From NCBI GenBank assembly GCA_049840735.1, contig JASGJN010000026.1, positions 520,961-584,960 of the forward strand: a stretch of 64,000 nucleotides of DNA. The letters are read 5' to 3'. The notes beneath the pieces are model-generated. The model was not told the origin of the DNA. It searched no databases and saw only the letters and a program-made list of their open reading frames with translations. Source of the stretch: Anaeromyxobacter sp. (GTDB lineage: Bacteria > Myxococcota > Myxococcia > Myxococcales > Anaeromyxobacteraceae). A program made the translations under genes and the position numbers. Below, in pieces: positions 11,173 through 19,685 of the stretch (positions are counted from its first letter, which is position 1; every line of letters starts with the position of its first letter).

Positions 11173-11184
11173 GATGGACGGCCG

Positions 11185-12630
11185 ATGGCCCTCCTCGAGA
11201 TGACCGGCGTGAAGAAGCACTTCGGCGGCGTCCAGGCGCTGCGCGGGGTGGACTTCGCGCTGGAGGCGGGCGAGGTGCACGCGCTGGTGGGCGAGAACGG
11301 CGCCGGCAAGTCCACGCTGATGAAGACCCTCTCCGGCGCGCTGACGCCGGACGAGGGCGCGATGGTGCTGGAGGGGCGCCTGCGCCGGCTGCGCTCGGTG
11401 GCGGAGGGGCAGGCGGCCGGCATCGTCATGGTCTACCAGGAGATCAACCTGGTGCCGGACCTGTCGGTGGCGGAGAACCTGTTCCTGGGCGGGCTGCACG
11501 GGCTGGTCCGCTACGGGGCGCTGCGCGAGCGGGCCCGCGCGCTGCTCGCGCAGATGGGGCTCTCGCTCGATCCGGCCGCGCCGGTCCGCTCGCTCGGCGC
11601 CGGCGCGCAGCAGCTGGTGGTGGTGGCGCGCGCCTTCGCCCAGCGGGCCAAGGTGATGGTGCTGGACGAGCCCACCGCCACGCTCTCCGCGGCCGAGGTG
11701 CGCCAGCTCTTCGCGCTGGTGAAGCGGCTGCGGGGCGAGGGGGTGGCCATCGCGTACATCAGCCACCGGCTGGAGGAGATCTTCGAGCTGGCCGACCGCG
11801 TGACGGTGCTCCGCGACGGCGCGCGGGTGGCCACCCACCGCATCGCCGAGGTGACGCCGGCGCAGGTGGTGGCGCTGATGGTGGGGCGCGAGGTGCGCCA
11901 CTTCCAGCGCGCGCCGCTGCTGGGCACGCCGCCGCTGGGCACGTTCCAGCTCGAGGGCGGCGGGGTGGCGCCGCTCACCCTGCCGCTCCGCCGCGGCGAG
12001 GTGGTGGGGCTGGCGGGCGTGGTGGGCTCGGGCCGGAGCGAGGCGCTGGAGGTGATGTTCGGCCTGCGCGGCCAGGCCCGCTGGAACGGCGAGGCCATCG
12101 GCAAGCCGCGCGACGCGCTCCGGCGCGGGCTCTACCTGGTCCCGGCCGATCGCAAGACGCAGGGGCTGGTGCTGGGGCTGCCGGCGCGCGAGAACGTGGT
12201 CCTCTCGGTGCTGCGCCGGCTGCAGCGGCTGGGGTTCGTCTCGCGGCTGCGCGAGCGCGCCCTGGTCTCCCGCTGGTTCGAGCGGCTGGCGGTGCGGCCG
12301 GGCGATCCGCAGAAGCCGGCCGGCACCTTCTCCGGCGGCAACCAGCAGAAGCTGGTGCTGGCCAAGGCGCTGGCCACCGAGCCGCAGGTGCTGCTCCTCG
12401 AGGAGCCGACCCGCGGCGTGGATGTGGGGACGCGCAACGAGCTGTACGGCCTGCTCGACGCGCTGGCGAAGAACGGCCTGGGGCTGGTGGTGTCGTCGAG
12501 CGACACCGAGGAGCTGTGCGGCCTGTGCGACCGGGTGCTGGTGTTCCGGGGCGGCCGGGTGACCGGGGAGCTGGCGGCCCCGCTGGACCGGGAGGAGGTG
12601 GTGCGGCATGTCACGGGCGCGGTGGCGTGA
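11185..12630 (+). CDS. rbsA: Sugar (ribose) ABC transporter ATP-binding protein
   Basis: GENGAGKST, LDEPTA, SGGNQQK; two NBDs. Confidence 0.92.
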   Translation: MALLEMTGVKKHFGGVQALRGVDFALEAGEVHALVGENGAGKSTLMKTLSGALTPDEGAMVLEGRLRRLRSVAEGQAAGIVMVYQEINLVPDLSVAENLFLGGLHGLVRYGALRERARALLAQMGLSLDPAAPVRSLGAGAQQLVVVARAFAQRAKVMVLDEPTATLSAAEVRQLFALVKRLRGEGVAIAYISHRLEEIFELADRVTVLRDGARVATHRIAEVTPAQVVALMVGREVRHFQRAPLLGTPPLGTFQLEGGGVAPLTLPLRRGEVVGLAGVVGSGRSEALEVMFGLRGQARWNGEAIGKPRDALRRGLYLVPADRKTQGLVLGLPARENVVLSVLRRLQRLGFVSRLRERALVSRWFERLAVRPGDPQKPAGTFSGGNQQKLVLAKALATEPQVLLLEEPTRGVDVGTRNELYGLLDALAKNGLGLVVSSSDTEELCGLCDRVLVFRGGRVTGELAAPLDREEVVRHVTGAVA

Positions 12631-13555
12631 GCTGCTGTCGGCGTACGGCATCCAGCTGGCCTTCGTGGCGCTGGTGATCGTGCTGGCGGTCCTGTCCCCG
12701 AGCTTCCGGGACGTGGGCAACGTGATCACCATCTTCCGGCAGATCGCGGTCATCGCCGTGCTGGCCTTCGGCATGACCGTGGTGGTGCTGACCGCCGGGA
12801 TCGACCTCTCGGTCGGCTCGATGCTGGCCCTGAGCGGCGCGGTCGCGGCCGGCCTCGCGGCGCAGGCCGGGTGGCCGCCGGCGCTGGCCATCGCGGCGGC
12901 GCTGGCGGTGGGCCTGCTGCTGGGGCTCCACAACGGGTTCTTCGCCGGCGTGATCGGCGTGGCCCCGTTCATCGCCACCCTGGGCGGCCTGACCATCTTC
13001 CGCGGCCTGGCCCTGGTCTACACAGGCGGCCGGCCCATCACCGGGCTGCCGGACGCCTTCACCACCATCGGCAGCAGCGCCTGGCTCGGCCTGCCCTCTC
13101 CGATCTGGGTGATGCTCGGCTTCCTGCTCGTCACCCACCTCATCCTCCGGTACACGGCGCTGGGCCGGGCCATCTACGCGGTGGGGGGCAACGAGGAGGC
13201 CGCCCGGCTGTCGGGCCTGCCGGTGACCAAGGTGAAGCTCTTCGCCTACGCCTACTGCGGGCTGGCGTCCGCCGTCGGCGCGCTGGTGCTGACGGGGAGG
13301 CTCAACTCCGCCCAGCCCACCGCCGGGGTCGGCTTCGAGCTGGACGCCATCGCGGCTGTGGTGGTGGGTGGGACGTCGCTGTTCGGCGGCAAGGGAGGCG
13401 TCCTCGGCACCTTGCTCGGAGCCGCCATCCTGGGGGTGCTGAACAACGGAATGAATTTGATGAACGTCGACCCGTTCTTTCAAGGGATCGCGAAGGGCTA
13501 CGTGATCCTGGGGGCAGTGACGCTGGAGCGGCTGGTCTCAACCAAGAAGAACTGA
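12608..13555 (+). CDS. rbsC: Ribose ABC transporter permease
   Basis: GIDLSVGS, GGNEEAARLSG, ELDAIAAVVVGGTSL. Confidence 0.93.
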   Translation: MSRARWRELLSAYGIQLAFVALVIVLAVLSPSFRDVGNVITIFRQIAVIAVLAFGMTVVVLTAGIDLSVGSMLALSGAVAAGLAAQAGWPPALAIAAALAVGLLLGLHNGFFAGVIGVAPFIATLGGLTIFRGLALVYTGGRPITGLPDAFTTIGSSAWLGLPSPIWVMLGFLLVTHLILRYTALGRAIYAVGGNEEAARLSGLPVTKVKLFAYAYCGLASAVGALVLTGRLNSAQPTAGVGFELDAIAAVVVGGTSLFGGKGGVLGTLLGAAILGVLNNGMNLMNVDPFFQGIAKGYVILGAVTLERLVSTKKN

Positions 13556-13575
13556 CGAAACCAGGGGAGGTCGCA

Positions 13576-14473
13576 ATGTTCGCACGTGGAGTCGTGGCGC
13601 TGGCGCTCGTGGCGCTGGCCGGTACCGCAGCTGCCAAGGACACCGTGGGCTTCTCGGTGTCGACGCTCAACAACCCGTTCTTCGTCACGCTCAGCGACGG
13701 CGCCAAGGCGCAGGCGCAGCAGGCGGGCGTGGACGTGGCCGTCCTCGACGCGCAGGACAAGGTGGACAAGCAGGTCTCGGACATCGAGGACCTGATCCAG
13801 CGGAAGGTGAAGGTCATCCTGATCAATCCGACCGACTCGGCCGCGGTGGTCCCGGCCGTCAAGGCCGCCAACGCCGCCAAGATCCCGGTCATCACCGTGG
13901 ACCGCGCCTCGGGCGGCGGCGACGTGGCCTACCACATCGCGTCCGACAACGTGGCCGGCGGCCGGCTGGCGGGCGAGCACGTCTGCAAGCTGCTGGGCGG
14001 CAAGGGCAGCGTGGTGGAGCTGGAGGGCATCCCCGGCTCGTCCGCGGCGCGCGATCGCGGCCAGGGCTTCAACGAGGCCATCAAGGCCAAGTGCCCGGAC
14101 GTGAAGGTGGTGGCCCGCCAGACCGCCAACTTCGACCGCGCCCAGGGGCTCTCGGTGATGGAGAACGTGCTCCAGGCCCAGCCCAAGGTGGACGCCGTCT
14201 TCGCCCACAACGACGAGATGGCGCTGGGCGCGCTGCAGGCCATCAAGGGCTCGGGCAAGAAGAATCAAGGTGGTCGGCTTCGACGCCACCGACGACGCGG
14301 TCAAGGCGGTGAACGCCTGCGACATGGCCGCCACGGTGGCGCAGCAGCCGGGCGAGATGGGCCGCCTGGCCGTCGAGAAGGCCGCCGCGCTGGGCAAGGG
14401 CGGCAAGGCGCCGGCCAAGACCGAGTTCATCCCGGTGGCGCTGAAGCTGGTCACCGGCGCGAGCTGCAAGTAG
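13576..14473 (+). CDS. rbsB: Ribose ABC substrate-binding protein, apparent +1 frameshift at ~14263
   Basis: STLNNPFF, AHNDEMALGA; continues as IKVVGFDATDDA in another frame after AAGAATCAAG. Confidence 0.9.
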
Positions 14474-14493
14474 CGCCGCGCTGCAGGCTCGAG

Positions 14494-14522
14494 GGCCCGG
14501 TCTCCGCCCAGGGGGCCGGGCC
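14494..14522. terminator. GC hairpin between convergent rbsB and lipoprotein genes
   Basis: GGCCCGGTCTCC-gccca-GGGGGCCGGGCC. Confidence 0.5.
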
Positions 14523-14598
14523 TTCTCCGTTCAGTCCCGCTCGGCGTTCGACAGGCTCACCTGCATGCACATGCATGTCAACGTCCCCGGCCGCACCT

Positions 14599-15915
14599 TC
14601 ATGGCACCACCCAGAACCCGGTCCGGCGGACCAGCGCGGTGACCACGAAGGCGCGGCCGTCCTCCGGCCAGATGCGCGCCTCGACGAAGGCGGAGCCCTG
14701 CCCGGGCTGCGCCGCCCGGGCGTCGAAGCTGATGGAGAGCGCGCCGGCGTCGGCCGTCGTGGACCCGCCGGCGGGCAGCGCCTCGAAGCCGGCGTAGTAC
14801 TCGCCCGCGCCCGCCGAGGCGGTCCAGCCGACCAGCAGCGGGTCGGCCGCGCTGACGGTGGCGCCGTCGGCCGGCGCCTCCAGCGCGAACTCGCCCGGCA
14901 TGGTGAACACCTGCCCGGCCGAGACGCCCGCGCCGGTCACCGAGACCAGGAAGCTGCTCCCCGGCGCCACCAGCGTGGTGGCCGGCTCGGAGAGCACGTA
15001 GGCGCCCTGCAGGTCGTCCCAGGGGATGGGCCGCCCGTTGACCTGGACGGCGGCGTCGGTGACCGGGCCGGACGGTCCCGTGACGGTCAGTGAAATCTCC
15101 AGCCGGTCCCCGTCCAGCACCACGCGCCCGTCGTAGGCCAGCGTCTCCGGGTCGCCGCCCCCGCCGCCCCACAGCCCGCACACGTCGGCCAAGAGGAAGG
15201 TGAGCCAGCCCGCCTGGCAGACGAAGGCGTCGTAGACGGGGCCGCCGCTGGTCAGCGAGAGGCGGGTCCGGGAGGTGAGCGGGACCACCGCGGCCGAGTC
15301 GTCGTCCAGCGCCTGGACCAGGTTGAAGCCAGGGGCCAGGCCGCTCTCCGCCGGCTGCGCCGAGTCCACGTAGACGAGCGCGAAGGTGGCGCGCGGGTCG
15401 CCCAGTAGCGACGAGCCGATCACCCGGTCCACCGGCGCGCCGTCCTCCGGGATCAGGTCGAGCTGCCGGTCGCCGTCCAGGTCCTGGTAGGCGAGCAGCA
15501 CGCCGAAGCTGCCGCGGCCGTCGAGCCCGCCGCCCAGCGGCGCCTGCGCGGCGCGCGGAGGCGGGCGGTAGATGGGGAAGCGGAACTCCACCGGGAAGGT
15601 GCCTTGGGCCTCCACGTCCTCGGTCACCACCGTGGGCGGCGCGGCGCCGCCGGAGGGATCCTCGGCGGAGAGCCACTGCGGGTACCAGGCCACCGCCAGC
15701 CGGACCGGGCCGGACAGCTCGGTCTCCGGGGTGGGGACCATGCTGCCGCCGAGCGTGGCCAGCGGCTCGCCGGGATAGTCGCCGCCGACCAGCTCGTCGC
15801 CGCAGCCGGCCAGGAGCAGCGCGGAGCAGGCAGCGAGCAGCGGCAGCGCCCCGTTCGTCCTGGGCGTAGCCGCCGCGCCTCGCGGCGGCGGAGTCGAAGG
15901 GCAGGGGCGGCGCAT
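14599..15915 (-). CDS. Myxobacterial lipoprotein, paralog of 18923..19651
   Basis: Lipobox LLAGC; GPVRLAVAWYP, GVLLAYQDLDGD; ATG overlaps the stop of the caspase-like gene. Confidence 0.8.
   Translation of the reverse strand: MRRPCPSTPPPRGAAATPRTNGALPLLAACSALLLAGCGDELVGGDYPGEPLATLGGSMVPTPETELSGPVRLAVAWYPQWLSAEDPSGGAAPPTVVTEDVEAQGTFPVEFRFPIYRPPPRAAQAPLGGGLDGRGSFGVLLAYQDLDGDRQLDLIPEDGAPVDRVIGSSLLGDPRATFALVYVDSAQPAESGLAPGFNLVQALDDDSAAVVPLTSRTRLSLTSGGPVYDAFVCQAGWLTFLLADVCGLWGGGGGDPETLAYDGRVVLDGDRLEISLTVTGPSGPVTDAAVQVNGRPIPWDDLQGAYVLSEPATTLVAPGSSFLVSVTGAGVSAGQVFTMPGEFALEAPADGATVSAADPLLVGWTASAGAGEYYAGFEALPAGGSTTADAGALSISFDARAAQPGQGSAFVEARIWPEDGRAFVVTALVRRTGFWVVP
15851..15902 (+). repeat. GTAG REP-like repeat inside the lipoprotein coding sequence
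   Basis: CCGTTCGTCCTGGGC-GTAG-CCGCCGCG cct CGCGGCGG-CGGAGTCGAAGGGC. Confidence 0.85.
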
Positions 15916-17480
15916 CACAGCCTCCAGCCGAAGCCGGCCCAGGCGGACGCGGTGGCGCGGGTGACGGTGCCCTGCCCCTCGATCGGCGCCGCCGTGGCCA
16001 TGAGCTGCCCCTGCAGCAGCGCGAAGGCGCGCCGGCGGATGGGGACCTCCAGCCCCGCCACCAGCCCCCCGCCCACCGCCAGCGCGCGGCGCTCCGGCAG
16101 CGGCGCGCCGCCGCCGCCGCCGATCTCCCCCTCGGCGTCGCGGGTGGCCTGCTGCTCCACCCCGGTCAGCTCCAGCCCCAGCCCCAGCTGCGGCACCACC
16201 GGCCACTCCAGCCAGCGGTACCCCGCCGACAGCCCCACCCCCAGCCGCCGCTCGTCGATCTGCAGCGCGTCGCCGGGGTAGCGCGAGCTGCCGGCGCTGA
16301 GCGCGCCCAGCGCCCACCACGGCCCCCAGGTGTGCCGGTAGCCCAGCCCCGCCGCCCAGCGCGGGCCGGTGTCCTCCACCGGCGCGGTGCCCATCCCGCC
16401 CAGCAGCAGCAGCGCGCCGTTCCGCACCGACACGTACCCCCCCTTCATCGAGACCTCGGTGTACCGGCGCCAGGCCAGCTCCTCGTCCTGCACCTGCCGC
16501 TCCCCGCCGTAGGGCAGCTCCACCTCGGCCAGCCCGGTGCTGGCGCCGGCCTTCTTGCGCACCAGGTAGCGGCCTGGCGGCACCGCCAGGCGGAGCGGGC
16601 GGCCGGCGGCCTTCTCCACCTCGGCCACCACGTCCGGCCTGGGCTGGCTGGCCACCACGTAGCGCCCGGAGAGCCGGGCCGGGAAGACCAGCGCGCTGCC
16701 GGCCGCGCGCGGCTCGGTCAGCGTGAGCTCGCCCGTCCCGGAGAGCTCCCAGGCGAAGGCGGGGTGCTGCCCGGCGCCGGCCGCGCCCGCCACCGTGCGC
16801 CGGTAGGCGTAGGTGTAGGCCTCGGCCAGCGAGACCTTGCCGTCCCCCTCGGCGTCGGCGTCGCCGCGCAGCCCGGTGAGGAGGTGGTGGGTGAAGAGCG
16901 AGCCCTTGAGCGAGTCCCACTCCTCGCTGGCCTCCCCCGGACCGCTGGAGGAGATCACCACCTGGCCGTTGAGCGGGAGCTGCTCCAGCGAGACCGCGAA
17001 CTCCGGCCCCGGCCGCGCCCCCTTGCGCCGGGCCACCACCCCGCTCTCGCAGGCGTCCACCAGCAGCACCGTCACCCGCGCGCCCGCGTCCCGGGCGGCG
17101 TCGCGCAGCTCGGCCAGCGGCAGGTGCGTGCCGCGCAGGTGGAGCACGCCGTCGTCGGCGTGGGAGGAGACGTAGACGATCAGCACCGCCTCGTCCCCGG
17201 CGGCGCGCAGCTCCGAGATGCGGCCGGCCAGCTCGGCCAGCCGCTGCCGCACCGCCTGGGCGTCGCGGTCGACCACCAGCAGCGCGCGGTCGGCGCGGAC
17301 CCCGCCCAGCTCCACGAAGACCTGGCGCACGCGCTGGGCGTCCTCGTCGGCGTAGCTCAGGACGGGATCGTCCGGGTCGCCCACGTTGGCCCCCACCGCC
17401 AGCACCAGCCGGTGCGTGGCGGCCGCGGCCGGCGCCGCCGCGGCCAGCAGGGCCAGCAGCGCGAGCGCGCGGAACCTCAC
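15915..17480 (-). CDS. Secreted caspase-family (peptidase C14) protein with C-terminal beta-rich domain
   Basis: Signal peptide; YVSSHADDG and LVDACESG (His/Cys dyad); GSLFTHHLLTGLRGDAD; aromatic-ending C-terminus FGWRL. Confidence 0.85.
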   Translation of the reverse strand: MRFRALALLALLAAAAPAAAATHRLVLAVGANVGDPDDPVLSYADEDAQRVRQVFVELGGVRADRALLVVDRDAQAVRQRLAELAGRISELRAAGDEAVLIVYVSSHADDGVLHLRGTHLPLAELRDAARDAGARVTVLLVDACESGVVARRKGARPGPEFAVSLEQLPLNGQVVISSSGPGEASEEWDSLKGSLFTHHLLTGLRGDADAEGDGKVSLAEAYTYAYRRTVAGAAGAGQHPAFAWELSGTGELTLTEPRAAGSALVFPARLSGRYVVASQPRPDVVAEVEKAAGRPLRLAVPPGRYLVRKKAGASTGLAEVELPYGGERQVQDEELAWRRYTEVSMKGGYVSVRNGALLLLGGMGTAPVEDTGPRWAAGLGYRHTWGPWWALGALSAGSSRYPGDALQIDERRLGVGLSAGYRWLEWPVVPQLGLGLELTGVEQQATRDAEGEIGGGGGAPLPERRALAVGGGLVAGLEVPIRRRAFALLQGQLMATAAPIEGQGTVTRATASAWAGFGWRL

Positions 17481-18226
17481 GGCGCCTTCCGCAGCCGGAG
17501 CAGGCTCACCCGGCAGCCGCCGCACTCGAGCCGCGGCTCGGGCCGGCCGGCCTGCCGGCGCAGCGCCTCCAGCAGGGGCGCGGCCTCCAGCGGCCGCTGC
17601 GAGAAGACCGCCAGCAGGAGCTCGGGGCCGGGCGCGTCGTCCAGCACCACGCTGCCGGGCAGGAAGTCGCGCCGCCCGGCCTCGACCGGCGCAGAGGACG
17701 CGCCGCCGAAGGGGAGGAGCACGCCGGCCTGGCCGCGCCCGTCCAGCTCCAGCACCAGCAGGAAGCCCGGCTGCGCGGCCTCGTACGAGAACCGCAGCGC
17801 GTCGCCGGCGCGGACCTGGGCGTCGCTCGCCGCCAGCTCGGGCGCGCCGCCGGCGCGCGCCACCGCCACGCGGAAGGGCTCGCCCTTGAGCGTGACCTCC
17901 GGCGTCACCTGGGCCTGCCGCAGCACCAGCACGGCCAGCACCGCCGGGACGGCCAGCGCCAGCACCGGCCGCCAGCGGCGCAGCCAGGAGGGCGCGGCGG
18001 CCTGGGCGCGTCAATCCAGCTGGCGGAGGAAGCGGTCCGGCGGGCGCGCGCGCAGGAAGGCCTCGGCCTCGGCGCGCAGCGCCGCCACGTGCGCGGCGCA
18101 GGCGCTGCAGCTCCCGAGGTGGGCCGCGACCTCGGGGGCCGGCTCGCCGGCGCTGAGCGCCTCCAGCGCCGCCGCCGGCGGGCAGCCCGGCGCGCGGGGG
18201 GCAGGGGGGAGTGGGGTGGGGCTCAT
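17477..18226 (-). CDS. Zinc-finger anti-sigma factor with TM and DUF4384-like domain; in-frame TGA at 18011-18013
   Basis: ORFs 18011..18226 (AHLGSCSAC, an HxxxCxxC motif) and 17477..17965 are in the same frame, separated by one TGA. Confidence 0.8.
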
Positions 18227-18235
18227 GGCGTGACC

Positions 18236-18727
18236 TCACCGGTGGGCGCGCCAGAGCGCGCGCACCTGCTCCTCGAAGCGCTGCAGCTTCTTGCCCACCG
18301 TCCGGCGCGAGTAGCCGGTCCGCTCCGCCACCTCCTCCTGCGTGTAGCCGTCGAGGTGGTGGAGCACGCCGATGGTGCGGGTCTTCCCGTCCAGCTGCCG
18401 GAGCGCGGCGCCGACCAGCGCCCGCCGGTCGGCGTCGGCGGCGTCGCCGTGCCCCTGCCGCTCCAGCGCGGCCAGCTGCTCCTCGCCGGCCACCGGGTCC
18501 CGCCGCTGCTTCTCCAGGATGTCGAAGCAGACGCGGCGGGCCACCGTGTAGAGCCAGGCCAGCGTGGCGCCGGCGTCGTCCGGGGCCGCGCCCAGCCGGC
18601 GGATGCGCAGGAAGGTCTCCTGGAGGGCGTCCTCCGCGTCCTCGCTGCGCCGCAGGAGCTGCCGGCAGCGCCGGTGCACCAGGTAGCCGTAGCGGGTGTA
18701 GAGGCTCGTGAGCTGGGCGTCGTCCAT
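18236..18727 (-). CDS. ECF RNA polymerase sigma factor
   Basis: DAEDALQETF, WLYTVARRVC, region 4 GYTQEEVAERTGYSRRTV. Confidence 0.92.
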   Translation of the reverse strand: MDDAQLTSLYTRYGYLVHRRCRQLLRRSEDAEDALQETFLRIRRLGAAPDDAGATLAWLYTVARRVCFDILEKQRRDPVAGEEQLAALERQGHGDAADADRRALVGAALRQLDGKTRTIGVLHHLDGYTQEEVAERTGYSRRTVGKKLQRFEEQVRALWRAHR

Positions 18728-18755
18728 GTCGGCACGTGGGGCTCCTCGATCACTG

Positions 18756-18878
18756 GACCGGGGATCGGCCCGAAACTGGGAACCACCATCCTGGCGAACG
18801 CCCATTTATGGCGTGAAACACGTGCGCCGCGCCGCAGCCCACTCAGGGCCGTTCCCACCTGGCGCCCGGGTCGCCGTC
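18756..18878. promoter_or_regulatory. Divergent pair of ECF-type promoters, GTTCCCA-N17-(C/G)GTC
   Basis: Minus 18783-18756 upstream of the ECF gene; plus 18851-18878 upstream of the lipoprotein. Confidence 0.6.
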
Positions 18879-18922
18879 TCCCTTCCCGAACCTCGCTCAC
18901 GAGGCCACGAACCGGAGAGACC

Positions 18923-19651
18923 ATGACCGCCACGCCGTCCAAGTCCACCCACACCCGCGCACTCGCCGTCGCGCTGGCCGTGCTCGCCACCGCCTGCGGC
19001 TCCGGCGGCACGTCCGGCTCCCACCCGAGCCTATCCGGCCAGCTCCGGGCCTCGGAAGGCGGCGCGGCCCAGGGCCCGCTGCGGCTCGCGCTGGCCTGGT
19101 ACCCCGGGCTGCTCGCCGCGGAGGGGGAGCCCATCAGCCAGCCCGGCCACATCGCCACCCAGGACCTCGCCTACGAGGGGGCGCTGCCGCAGGCCTACAC
19201 CTTCTCGCTGCAGGGCGCCCCGCCGGCCAGCGTCCTGCAGGCCATGCCGGAGGGCTACACCGGGGAGGGCGCGGTGGGCGTGCTGCTCGCGTATCGGGAC
19301 GGGAACGACAACGGCGCGCTCGACACCATCCCGGCCGACGGCAGCCCGGTGGACCATGTGGTCGGCGCTTCGCTGGACTGGGCCGCGGCCCCGGCCTACC
19401 TGGTGGCCTACCTGACCGAGGATCAGGACCCGGCCTCGGGGCTCGAGGCGGGGTTCAACCTCATCGAGATCAGCGACGCCGAGGACGCCGCGGTGGTGCC
19501 CTTCGGCACCGCGGTGCCGCTGACTATCGGTGAAGGAGGCCCGCTGCTGGACCTGTTCGTCTGCGAGGCCGCCTGGGACGGCTCGTCGGCCGAGGTGCCC
19601 TGCGGGCTGGTGCCGGAGGAGCCGGCGCTGCAGGCCCAGCCGCGGCGCTGA
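18923..19651 (+). CDS. Lipoprotein, paralog of 14599..15915
   Basis: Lipobox ATAC; GPLRLALAWYP, GVLLAYRDGNDNG, GFNL, GGPLLDLFVC. Confidence 0.8.
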   Translation: MTATPSKSTHTRALAVALAVLATACGSGGTSGSHPSLSGQLRASEGGAAQGPLRLALAWYPGLLAAEGEPISQPGHIATQDLAYEGALPQAYTFSLQGAPPASVLQAMPEGYTGEGAVGVLLAYRDGNDNGALDTIPADGSPVDHVVGASLDWAAAPAYLVAYLTEDQDPASGLEAGFNLIEISDAEDAAVVPFGTAVPLTIGEGGPLLDLFVCEAAWDGSSAEVPCGLVPEEPALQAQPRR

Positions 19652-19685
19652 TGCGCGCGGCGGGTGAGGGCGCGGCGCGGGGCGG

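Noticed and set aside
14545..14561. TTCGACAGGCTCACC as a REP copy
   Set aside because: Only a short partial resemblance, with no GTAG-hairpin.
18011..18013. In-frame TGA read as selenocysteine or programmed readthrough
   Set aside because: It lies in a linker rather than at a Cys position, and a single change restores GAT CGA at a GATC site like the other lesions.
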